In this document: positions 52,266 through 64,000 of the stretch, piece after piece
Layout of the letters: each line of letters starts with the position of its first letter
How positions within the stretch are numbered: position 1 is the stretch's first letter
The notes under the pieces: model-generated
Told to the model about the DNA's origin: nothing
The model's input: the letters and a program-made list of their open reading frames with translations, nothing else
Database searches by the model: none
Assembly: GCF_006345805.1 (NCBI RefSeq)
Contig: NC_043002.1
Coordinates: 36,952,001 to 37,016,000 of the forward strand
Source: Octopus sinensis
Taxonomy: Eukaryota
Direction of reading: 5' to 3'
Length of the DNA stretch: 64,000 nucleotides
Program-made: the position numbers and the translations under genes

Positions 52266-53733
52266 GGATCTTGTGGTGGCACATCATGAGTTGTGCTATT
52301 GACTTTTGGGGAGCATGGAGTTTTTGAAGTATGCACGCCCTGATAACCAACAACTAATATGTCTAGTTATTCCTTACTTGAATAACCCTGAATATGATAA
52401 AAATGTTTTCAAAAGTTGATACAAAACACTGCCCAACCTTAAAATTGAACCCATGACCTAACGTTTGTAAGCAACAAAATCTAACCCTTAGTTGACATCT
52501 CTTCACCTATTTGTTCATAGTAAATAGAATTTTCCTATATCAGCATGTTGCATTATAAATATATTTAATATTTTTCTTGTTTTCCTATCTAGTCTATCAA
52601 ATTATCTTAGACTCCAGTGTAGAATATTATAACTACTAGTTATTTTTGGATCAACTAAAGTATTGACACCTATTACTTTATTTTTAGTATCTTGCTCAGA
52701 GTTTAATATTAATCTAATGCATTTTTAATAATCCTTAAAATATTCTTTCATTTGCGTATGCTGTACACTTTCTGGTCTATTAATCCCTAAGTATTTGTAG
52801 TAAGTCAGATTTTGGTTGAATTTCCTTATCTCTAAAACTTTATCTAACATAATATCCTTTTATTCATTTGCTTGTTTCCATCATGAAACTGTGGCTATAC
52901 TGGAGCACTGTTTGGGAAGATCGAGTTGATCAAATTGACACTAATACTAATTTTATTCTCTTTGACTTTTTATGCCAAACCACGAAGTTACAGAGAAGTA
53001 AAAAATCCTAATACCAGTTGCCAAGTGATCCAAGGCAAATATAAAGGTACACACTCACACATGCACAACAAATTTCTACAAAGCTTCCATCTACCAAATT
53101 TACTCATAAGGCACTGCTTGACCCAGGGCCTTAGTAAAATACATTCATATAAGGTGCCATGAACTTGAAACAATGTGGTAATAAGGAAAGCATATATATA
53201 TATTACCCTTGTATTTACCTATAACTTATGAGCATAATATGTTTGCATATGTATACACATGGTTAAATATAGAATATAGGTAATATACTTGAAGTGTAAT
53301 GGATACTTCTATCCCTTAGATGGTTATTTTAACCTCCAACTCAACTGTGTTGTCTTACTAGCACTTGTGCTGGTGGCACGTGAAAAAAAACACATTTTTG
53401 CTGAACTACTAGGTAATGGGGATGTAAACACACCAACAGTGGTTGTTAAGTGATGATGGGGGGAGTGGCAAACACAGACAATATATATATATATATATAT
53501 ATATGCGTTAGGAAGGGCATCCAGCTGTAGAAATGTATATATATATATATATATATACATACGATGGGTTACTTTCAGTTTCCGTCTACCAAATCCATTC
53601 ACAAGGGTTTAGTTAGCCCGAGGCTATAGTAGAAGGCACTTTCCCAAGGTGCCACACAGTGGAACTGAACCTGGGACCATGTGGTTGGTAAGCAAGCTAC
53701 TTACTGCAAAGCCACTCCTGCACCTATATGTAT

Positions 53734-53782
<49 letters not shown>

Positions 53783-55341
53783 TATATATATATACACACA
53801 CACACACAGACATATATATATACACACACACACATATATGTGTATAGATATGTGTGTGTATATACATACATATATGTATTATATATATATTACACATATA
53901 TATATATTATATATGACTCTTGTTTTGTGACCTTGCCAGTGCCATGGTAAAAGCATCTAGTACACTCTGTAAAGTGGTTGGCATTTGGAAGAGCATCTAG
54001 CTGTATAAACCAAACCAAAGCAGAGGGTGGAGCTTGGCTCAGCCGTCTGGCTTGTGAGTTTCTTTAGAGCTATTCAATATATACCAGTATAAAAATAGGG
54101 ACATTAAATGATGATGATGATGATGGCAATGGTGATGATGATGATATATCTTTAAAGCAAAATATAAACTCACACAGCACATATAGCATGAACATAGACT
54201 GACAGTAAAACCAATAATGGAACTATATTCAACAATGGAGGGATTAGGGAAAAAAAATCACCAATTTCAGTTACTTGGGAACATTTCATAAGAAGTAGGA
54301 CTACAAGGTTATTTGACAATCCTTCAATTATTTTACATCAAAAGAAGGAAAATATCTTGGCTTGTTCATTAATCTGTGTTTAATCATTTTACTGAGGAAA
54401 TTATGATAACGACGACACACTGTAATCTTGTAGATAGAGAGGAAATTCTTTCCAAGCAGTAAAAACCTACAGACAAGCAAATGCAAAAGAGAAACCAGTC
54501 ATATTTCAATAGAACAGTCACCGGTGTGTGTAGTCAACTTCTACTCACAACCTAACAGCGACTGGTGATAATATAGAAAAATAAATAAATAAATAAGTAT
54601 ATATAAATAATAAAAAAAAGATAAACATGTACTGATAAATAATCTATCCTTAAGTAAAGATCATTTCAAATAAGAGTTGACAGACAACCTTACTATCTCA
54701 ATGTTAAAACTCCCGTATTGAATTTGAGTATGTGTTTTACAACCGAATTACCTTTTAAACTCTAATCATAGGATGTATGTAAGGAGAGTTAACTACTTAA
54801 CAGGTAGGTTGATTGAGGCAAATGGAATAATTGCTTAACATGGTGCTTACTTTAAATATAAGATGACATTTTTAGTGTCCATTACCAATGAAGAATAAAG
54901 AGTATCATACATTGATGGGGGAAAAGAATGCTTCGGAAGTGATAAAATATAATACTAAACATAAAACATGCATAAAAAAGACCCCCCCCCCAAATGCCTA
55001 TGTAAAGATATATAAGTTGACAGTTGGGCAGGTAATTGAAAAATTAACAGGTAAGGCAGAAAACACAGACATTTAAAAAGATATATATACATAGAGATAC
55101 ATATTAAGGGACATACGGTTGAGACATAATCTGGCATACAGTTTTAGCCGTAAATCTGACATACATTGCAATAAATCTTATGAAAAAAATAGACGTAAAA
55201 TAAATACATACATATGCATATATATACATATATATATACACGCATACATACATATATATATGTATATATATATATGTGTGTGTATATACATATATATAAC
55301 ATACATATATATAATATATATGTATATATATATATATAATA

Positions 55342-55395
<54 letters not shown>

Positions 55396-55512
55396 TATAT
55401 ATACAGATATATATATACATGTATATATATGTATATATATATATGTGTGTGTATATACATATATATAACATACATATATATATATAATGTACATATATAT
55501 ACAGATATATAT

Positions 55513-55596
<84 letters not shown>

Positions 55597-55969
55597 CATG
55601 TATATATATATATACATATATACACACAGATACACACACACATATGTATGTGTGTGTATATATATATATATGTGCATGTATGTATGTATATATGTATGTA
55701 TGCATGTGCATAATTATGTATGCAAGTATGTAGCAGCTAAAATTAAAAGGAAAGAAAAAAGATAAATTAATATTATTTTTATACTTAAATAGAAAAAATC
55801 ATTGGGAAAAACATTAAAAAATTCATTGTCTTTTACAATTTAAAAGAAATCAGGTGTTAATAAACTTTTGACATTGTAACATTAAGCATCCAGTTTCTAC
55901 AGCCTTATGTGAATTTTCCAGAAAAGTTAACTAAAAATTAAAAGAAATTGAACAAAGTAAAACACTTCT

Positions 55970-56165
55970 TAATAATAATAATAATAATAATAATAACAAT
56001 AACAATAACAATAATAATAATAATAGTAATAATAATAATAATAATGATGATGATGATGTTGATCATGATGATAATGATGATGAAGATGCTGCTTCTGCTG
56101 CTGTTGATGATTTCTTTTAATGATAATAATAATAATAATAATAATATTTGTGATGATGACAATAA
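55970..56165. repeat. Compound (AAT)n/(GAT)n/(GCT)n trinucleotide repeat
   Basis: Directly visible. Related tracts: (GAT)n 27925-28000, (ACT)n(GCT)n 45263-45331, (CTT)n 61707-61770. Confidence 0.95.
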
Positions 56166-56569
56166 GGATGGTGGCTTGGTGATGATTTCATAGATTGGCA
56201 AAAATCAAAAATAGCAATAATCATTAAGTAAATATTTAGACAGAATGTTTTATACAGGAAATTACACCTTACAGCATTTTATAAGTTCTCTGTATAGAGT
56301 TTAAAGGAAATTCTTTGTTGAAGATATTTTTTCTTTTCTCAAGTGTTGCAATGATGCTCTGGAATGTATTACATTCTTTTATGATGAAAATATTTAGTTC
56401 GGATTATTACACAATTACTAAGAGAGGGTATGTCTGGATAAATATATTTATGCTAATGAGCACATAACGAAGTACAAACATCAGATAAAATTCCAAAGTT
56501 GAGATGTTTAATCTGCTAGAAAAAAAAAGTCCACTGAGTAAGAAATAGATATTTATTACTTCTACGTAA

Positions 56570-57015
56570 TAGATATTAGCTTCAAAGTTTGGTACAAGGC
56601 CAGCAATTTTGGGGGATAGGTATGTTGATTAACATCAATCCCAGTGATCCACTGGTACTTATTTTATCAATCCTAAAATGATGAAATGTAAAGTCGACTT
56701 TGGTAGAATTTGAACTCAGAACAAATGGATAAAATGCCATTAACCACTTTGCCCAGCATGCTAATGATTCTGCCAGCTTGCCACCTTAGTCAATGTCTAA
56801 TATTGATTTCAAATTTTGGTAAAAGTCCTGCAACTTCGGGGGAGGGGGTTAGTCAATTACTTCAACCCCAAAACTCTAATAGTATTTATTTTATTGACAC
56901 TGAAAGGATGAAAGGCAAAGTCAACCTCAATGGAATTTGAACTCAGAATGTAAAGACAGATGAACTGCCACTAAACATTTTACTTGGTATGCTAATGATC
57001 CTGTCAGCTTCCAGC
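56570..57015 (-). mobile_element. Two head-to-tail SINE family B copies
   Basis: The block ggtacttattttat...gatgaaa..aaagtc...gaatttgaactcagaa...ctaatgat..ctgccagct occurs twice. Confidence 0.7.
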
Positions 57016-58538
57016 TTATTACTTCTACATAACAGATATCACTGTATTTAACCATGCATAAATCACACTCATGTATATGTCACACCCCTACTTTAGTGTT
57101 AAATCTTTGTACAAATTTTTTCCCTTTCATAGTTTTAGTTTTGCCTCATGTATAAAGTATCACTACAGTATTTCCATTTAAAATCAAGTATAAAACAAAG
57201 CAACTTATATATGAATATATACAGTAACTCTTAATTTCTTAAAGTCATCTTCCTTATTTTAATAATAGCAAGGACATAGGGTGAGTGACTATTAGTTTCA
57301 AGTTTTTGCCTTCTTTCTCCAATTTAGAAGCAACTTTCAATATATTTAGAAGTTTGCACATACTGCATTTTCCAGTATACAAGTCAAATTTTTTAGACCA
57401 AAATTCACGGCCAAAAAATAGATGGTTGATTTATACACCCAGACAACTTTGGAGGACCAAAAATTCTATGTGAAATGTTACAGGATTTTGAAAGACAGTG
57501 ATGATGTTTGAATGCTTATAGATACATGTTCACACTGTAAATTATATTGACTTGTCTACTAGAAAATATAGCATGTCCCTCAGTACATCACCATCTAACA
57601 GGCATAGCTGTTCCTAAAAATGCTGTAAAGTGTTATTTACTGAATGAAAAAAACTGAGAATCTTTATTTTTCATTGATTAGAAAATGGTTTTAAGGAAGC
57701 AAATACATAAAAACAAAAATAAAACAAAATTTGAAATATTAAGAAAATATATTACATAATGATATATCATTTTTAGAACTCACATGAATGCAATGGTATC
57801 AATTTTCATATTCTTTCTTAGCTAGGATTGGGTTTTGACCTGTGATCTTTACTTGTACAATAGTGACCAGGTTAATATTAGACATAACTATTTAAATTTA
57901 AGGTAAAGGTGAAGTGGTTAAGTCCTGCTGTAACAAATATCTGATAAGGTTAGGATGGGAGTGGGGGGGTGTTATAATTTCTACCAAGGTTCTTGATTTG
58001 TATTAGTGCTTAAGAAAATATATAAGAAGTCTTATCTAAGTTATTTCATTCATGATGATCAACTCCCTCCACACACAAACCTATATATGTATACACAGAA
58101 GTGCTAAGTTCCATGTCAGATATGAGTCTTCCTCTCTTAGGAACCAGAAAATTCTACAACTCCTATCAGTTGCTGATCATCTGCAAAGCTATATTAGAAT
58201 ATCAAAGAAGTAATGCTCCAACATTTGGTGCAGTATTATTGCTTGACTCGACACAATGTGGCAGTTGTAAAACTAGAGTCTCCATCATGCAAATAGTGTC
58301 CTTCATTTTCAATCTTTCATGAAAACATGTCCAACCACTGGGAAGAATTAACTTGTTTGGAAACAGGTGAGGATTGGCAGCAGGAAGGGCATTTGGCTGT
58401 TGATTTTGTCTAACTCATGTAATCAAGGAAAAGTGGACAATAAAATAATGAAGATACTAATGATGTACTAAGATCTAAACTGTGAGATAAAAGAGTCAAA
58501 GGAAAGTTTGATGTTTCTGAAACCCATTTGAAAGTATA

Positions 58539-59639
58539 TGAGGGGATACCTGAAAGTAACTGGAATGTTCTCTGTTGGACAAGCCATCGTCCCACAATTG
58601 TGGTTCAGGCTTCTGCTGGTAGAAGCCACTTGATGCAACCCTCAGGCATCAGTCTACCAACTGGCATCATCAAGTGGAGTCTTACTGCCACTTGGTGCGT
58701 CTTTGTTTGGCAGTGTTTCTCCTCTGTTTGTCGATCTTTGTGATGGCTGAAAAGAAGGGATAGCATACTTCTAGGAAATTCTGTTTTCTGCTGGGGAAAA
58801 TAGCTGCTGAAACAGTTGTCCTGTTTCAAATAGCTTATAAGAACGCTGCCATGAGAAAAACAAGTTTCTGAGTGGTTTCCATGCTTTAGGAATGGTCACT
58901 TATTGCTTGAAGACCAACCTCATTTAGGGCAACCAACAACCTCCCAAATGAATGAAAGAATCATGAAAATTAATGAACCGAACATAGAGGATCATCACCG
59001 AACAATTGACAAATTTATTGATATGACTGGTGTGTCCTGAAGCTCCTGCCAACGAATTTTGAATGAGGAATTGCGAATGAAAAGAGTTGCAGCAAAATGT
59101 GTGCCTCACTTGCTCATGGAGGATCAAAAACAGTCATGTGCGTCATGAACTGAAAGAACAGTTGGAAGTTGATCTGAACCTTTGTGGTGACAAAAGCTGG
59201 TGCTACGGCTACGATCCAGAAACAAAGCAGCAATCGAGTTAATGGAAGCATTCAATGTCACCATACCCCCCCAAAAAGTGTGTCAAGTGAAGTCTAGTGT
59301 CAAGATGATGTTGGTTTGTTTCATCAATGTGAAAGGAATTGTCCACCTAGCATTTGTTCCTCCTGGTCAAACAGTTAACCAGACATTTTACTGAATGAAA
59401 AAAGTTCTTAAAGTAAAATGTTTTGCAGATGTGGAAGAGGTGAAAGAAAAGATGATGGGGGCATTAGAAGGCACCACTTTGTAAGGATTCCAGGACTGCT
59501 TCGAATAGTGGGAAGTGCTTCTTGGCTAAGGCATTACTTGAAATGGAGAATACTTTGAAGCCAATAAAAGTGAGAACATGTAAAAATAAGTGAATAAAAT
59601 AATATTTCAAAATTCTGGTTTCTTTTGAGTACCCCTTCG
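58539..59639 (+). mobile_element. Decayed mariner transposon, about 530 nt into the intron after exon 11
   Basis: TA-flanked imperfect TIRs tgaggggatacctgaaagtaactgga / ttctggtttcttttgagtaccccttcg. Remnants include SCQRILNEELRMKRVAAKCVPHLL and KMMLVCFINVKGIVHLAFVPPGQTVNQTFY. Confidence 0.85.
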
Positions 59640-60166
59640 TACATGCATCTTGACATAAGATACTTCATGACAGAGATAAAAATCAACTGAAACATAGTAA
59701 AGAAATAGATAAGAAAAAAAAAAGAAATGGAGAATATTCATCTCTAAAAGATGAAGGTAACTCTACCCCAAATTATAATCTCATGAACAATAACTTATCT
59801 CAGATACTTAAATAAAATTCCTATCTACCTTATGCATGTGTGTTAGAGTGTATCTATGTATTAGCAGTAGTAGGGAGAGAGAAAGAGGAAGAGCGGGAGA
59901 TTTAATGTAAAAGAGTAATAGAAAAACATATATGAATAAAAAGCACTATAAAATTGAGAACCTTGGTAATCATGTAGCTATTGAAAAAATATCTTCAACT
60001 TAATTTAAGCAAATGATGTTTGTGTATGAAAGGAACATTATAACAATTTTGTTGAAATTTAATATAAAGTCTAATGTGAAATGGAAAAAAAAATATTTAA
60101 CATTAAATGGAAACAAGGAATGAAGATTCATGGTGAACCAAATATAGTTTAAATTAAATAACTTAC

Positions 60167-60352
60167 CTGAATATAAACATAAATAAAATAAGTAGTGCAA
60201 AGAAAGTAGCAACATTATCCATGGTTCTTAACATGACGATGAGTTGTCTTCGGAGTGCAGGAAGGAAGCGTACCAATTTCAGAATCCTCAGTAATCTGAA
60301 TGTACGTAAAACTGATAAACCACCAGCACCGTCTTGTGCAAGTTCTATGATG
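60167..60352 (-). CDS. Cav3: T-type voltage-gated Ca2+ channel alpha1 (Cav3; CACNA1G/H/I co-ortholog), constitutive exon for domain II end-S3, S4, S4-S5 linker and start of S5 ('exon 11' in Lymnaea numbering)
   Basis: Manual reverse-strand translation gives (S)[61 protein letters not shown](S). It has the S4 R/K-x-x periodicity and the Cav3 domain II motif [18 protein letters not shown]. Acceptor tttctttctactgcag, donor AG|gtaagt; 186 nt, phase 2 to phase 2. Not in the ORF track. Confidence 0.97.
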
Positions 60353-62611
60353 CTGCAGTAGAAAGAAACAAGATAGACAATTTATATTAAATTGTTACTG
60401 GGCAATCCAAATCAGTTAGCTATCCTTTAAAACAGACAATATACTATTAGTCAAGTACTTAAATTGGTCTAATAATGTATTAGGCCATTTTAAGTACATT
60501 AGAATGTACTTAAACTGGTCTAATAAAATATATTTAAACAATCAAAATTATACTCATAATGAAAAAAAAAATATTAGCATTAATGATAATTCCTGTTAAG
60601 AAAGACAAAGGAGAACACTAAGAAATCTAAATTGATGGAAAATACAGTCGGAGAATGAGTGTTTAAACTGAATAGGAGTAGGGAGTATTACATATTCCAT
60701 TCATGATAGATCTTCTCAGAGAATCATAGTCTGACTAATACTACTCGACTTTAGAACGACTGCAAGAATAGATAGATTTTTAAATGAAAACCACCTACCA
60801 ATTGGCCAATTCAAATAACGACTTGGAGGATAATTAGCATAAAGATAACTGAAAGGAAAAAGGCTAATGACAATGAGGGCTTAAAATGACAACATTTTAG
60901 CTTTGATTTGCTTTTGGTTCACTTAATCTTTATTGTTATTAATTTCTAGTTTTATAATCTCTGTATGAATGTTGAGCTACAATAGGATGTTATTTCTTAT
61001 TTGTTAAACTCTTAAGCAAAGATATTTTGTGTTTTGTTGAGGGTAAAAATTAAGCCAGTAAACCTATGATCAATGTTAGTTCACCCGGGACCATCCTGTT
61101 TTTCTCAAGCATTGTACTATCTTGGACTCTAAAACTTAATATGTCTTCTCTTTTCAAGATAGTAATGTGTATTTTGAGGGAGATTTGATTGCTATTTCTA
61201 ATAGCTCAAATGGCCTTGTTGAGATACTCTTGTTGGTTAAGTTTTCATAAACGTATTAAGCTCTTGTTGAAAATTGTATCAAGTCACCTTCACCACATTT
61301 GAGTAAGCTATACACTTAAAATTCAAACAGACTGAAAAACCTTTTAGTTACATTTAAAACACTTGAGGCCAACTTGTTTGAGACTGCCTCCTATTTCAGT
61401 GATACTTGTTTTTAAAGTATTATAATATTTAGATTAAAAACTTCCAATATATATTTATGTAAGGACCCTTTCTTATGTTCTGCCATTTGTGTTGCATCCC
61501 AGTTGATTTGATTACACCAAGGAAATTATATTTCCATTGGTTTTTCAGTAACTGATACTATCAGTTGGCTGCAACTCCTGATAAAAGTGTCATTGATATT
61601 ATTATTATGGTTTTCAAGAGTCAGGAGGCAGGATTTGAACTTGGAACACATAGAAATGAAACAGACACGACAGGAAATCATGCTTTATGCTCTAAGTCAC
61701 AGTCCCTTTCTTCTTCTTCTTCTTCTTCTTCTTCTTCTTCTTCTTCTTCTTCTTCTTCTTCTTCTTCTTCGTCGTCGTCGTCGTCATCGTCATCATCATC
61801 ATCGTCATCATCATTTAATGTCCGTTTTCCATGCTGTCATGGGTTGGACAGTTTGACAGGAGCTGGCAAGACCAGGAGCAACATCAGGTTCCATTGTCTG
61901 TTTGGGATGTTGGTGCTGCACCTGGACTTGCCAGCTCCTTTATCTATTTAAAAAGATGAAAGGCAAAGTTGATGCTGGTAAGTTTTGAAATCAGAGCACA
62001 ATGATTTAGAACAGATACCATAAGTAATTCTATCCTCCATCGTTGTCGTTGTCATCATCATCATTGTCATTGTCATCGCTGTTGCCGCCACCGCTGCCAC
62101 CGTCATCGCTGCCACCGCCGTCATTGTCGTTTAACATCTGTTTTCCATGCAGACATGGGTTGGACTCAATCAGTTTGATTTCTTAGATTATGTTCTAAGC
62201 ATCAACTTAATAATTACAAAGTTAATTACTTTACAAAATTACTCTAAATTCTTGATTATTTCCCAAAATTAGCTGAAATGTGTAGGCAGTTTCTAAAAAA
62301 GATGTTACAAGTGACAAACTATTTGTTCTTGGAAGCCTCTGTGTGTGTTTACTTGACTTACTAGTAATAGCAGTCAAATATCTTTCAAATGACAGCAAAC
62401 GTGGTGCAGAGTCACTCCACCCATAAATTTCATTAGAAATATGGTCAGAAAAAGGTTAAACCAACAAAAGACATGTAGTTCTGTTGTGAAAACAACTGAG
62501 ATAATTAAATAAAATTTCAATGTAACCTTTGCTTTTTAAAAGATGGTAGTGTGTAATTAATAACTATTACTTCTCATAAGTTTAAGTGACTTATGTAGAA
62601 ATTCCTATGTT

Positions 62612-62826
62612 CTTTTCTATTCTAGGCACAAAGTCTGAGATTTTGGGGGAGGGGGGGCAGTCGATTAGATCGACCCCAGTACACAACTGGTATGTAATTT
62701 ATTGACCCTGAAAGGATGAAAGGCAATGTCGACCTTGGCGGAATTTGAATTCATAACGTAAAGACAGACAAAATACTGCTAAGTATTTTGCCTGGCATGC
62801 TAACATTTCTGCCAGCTCATCACCTT
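62612..62826 (-). mobile_element. SINE family B copy
   Basis: gaccctgaaaggatgaaaggcaatgtcgaccttggcggaatttgaattc...ctaacatttctgccagctcatcacctt. Confidence 0.75.
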
Positions 62827-63612
62827 ATAGAGATTCCTATATTGACTAACAATAGTTTACAGCAATATACATGGCTGCAATATTTTCTAATAATTAAAAA
62901 AAAAAAACATTTAAAATATTTGATAATGGATCGAACTGAAGTAATTTTTTTCTTGTGTGAAATACTTTACTTAATTGTCATTGATGGTATTTTACTGTGC
63001 ATGTAGGTAAAATCTTATAAGAGATCAAAAGTCAGCAACAAATTTCTAAATAGTTGCTTAAAAAGGGGTTACAAACTACATGCTATCTGCTATTATGAGC
63101 CTCTGTATATTTGCTTGATTTTCTAGAAATAGCAGCCAAATATCCCTCAAATCAAACTCTACATTCTCACCTTCACCCACACATTGATAAGACACAATGT
63201 CTGAAAAAAATAGGTAGTTTGGTCATGACTAGAATGCCTTTGATTGTTGTACATCTTACGTAATCAGGGATGATCTGAGCTAAACAACAATTCTTTCTAC
63301 TATAGGCACAAGGCTTGAAATTTTAAAGGCGGGACCTAATTGATTACATTGATCCTAGTGCTCAGCTGGTACTTATTTTAGTGACTTCAAAAAGATGATA
63401 GGCAAAGTTCATCTTGGTGGAATTTGAAATGCTGCTAAGTATTTTGCCCAGTGTGCTAATAATTCTGCCAGCTTACTGCCTTAACAACAACAACAATTAT
63501 ATTAAGATAATTGTTTGAATTTGTAGAAATGTCTAACCTCCAAACTGATATTGAACTTCTGTACTCTTAGAATAAAATCAAGCCTCTGAATTTGTTCTCA
63601 TATTTAATATGT

Positions 63613-63832
63613 GCACTGGTTTGGTCATGTGATGAGTAAGGATATAAACAGTTGCATACAGAAGTGCCAGTCATTTAAAGTGGATGGAACTTAGGGAAGA
63701 GGGTGAGCCAGGAAGACATGGGATGAAGCACTGAAGGCTGATCTCAAGACACTGAGCCTTATGAAGGAGATGACAAAGGACCAAGTTATCTGGCTCCTTG
63801 CTGTACCCAAGAAGACTTCTATGCCACAGTAG
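63613..63832 (+). mobile_element. RTE-clade LINE C-terminal fragment
   Basis: HWFGHVMSKD...KCQSFKVDGT*GRG*ARKTWDEALKADLKTLSLMKEMTKDQVIW is the typical RTE LRWFGHV...GRPRKTW tail. Confidence 0.75.
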
Positions 63833-64000
63833 AATTTGAAGCACTAATTTCCTAGGCTGGTGAGATAGATGTCATTAATGTTCCACTTGAATCTTTGCAG
63901 GAAAAGATATATGCAAAGAAAAAATTCCTTCTGAGAAGGAGACACTGAGCACAGTGACCAGTGCAGGACTGGAAGAAGAAGTTTGATGAAAAGGAGAGAG

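Overview
AT-rich, microsatellite- and SINE-dense animal DNA. The repeat families look like coleoid cephalopod, most likely Octopus (recognised from memory, not searched). The whole window is the interior of one minus-strand gene, the single invertebrate T-type voltage-gated calcium channel (Cav3; CACNA1G/H/I co-ortholog). Only three exons lie in 64 kb, all from domain II. One is the constitutive S3-S4-S5 exon (60167-60352, absent from the ORF track). The other two are mutually exclusive S5-turret-P-loop exons equivalent to Lymnaea exon 12a (27717-27858, 47 codons) and 12b (3565-3883, 106 codons). The standout observation is exon 12b. Its extracellular turret is expanded in frame by Thr/Asn trinucleotide repeats into a 74-residue mucin-like loop with five N-glycosylation sequons, and it lacks the central CxC of the canonical 12b. 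The introns hold a young 5'-truncated Tx1/L1-type LINE inserted into a (TCTA)n array, two decayed mariners, a maT/Tc1-like remnant, RTE and HERO-like fragments, piggyBac-type MITEs, a Helentron-type element, many tRNA-derived SINEs, a 692-bp palindrome and a second local inverted duplication. All identities were estimated by eye; no database searches were run.
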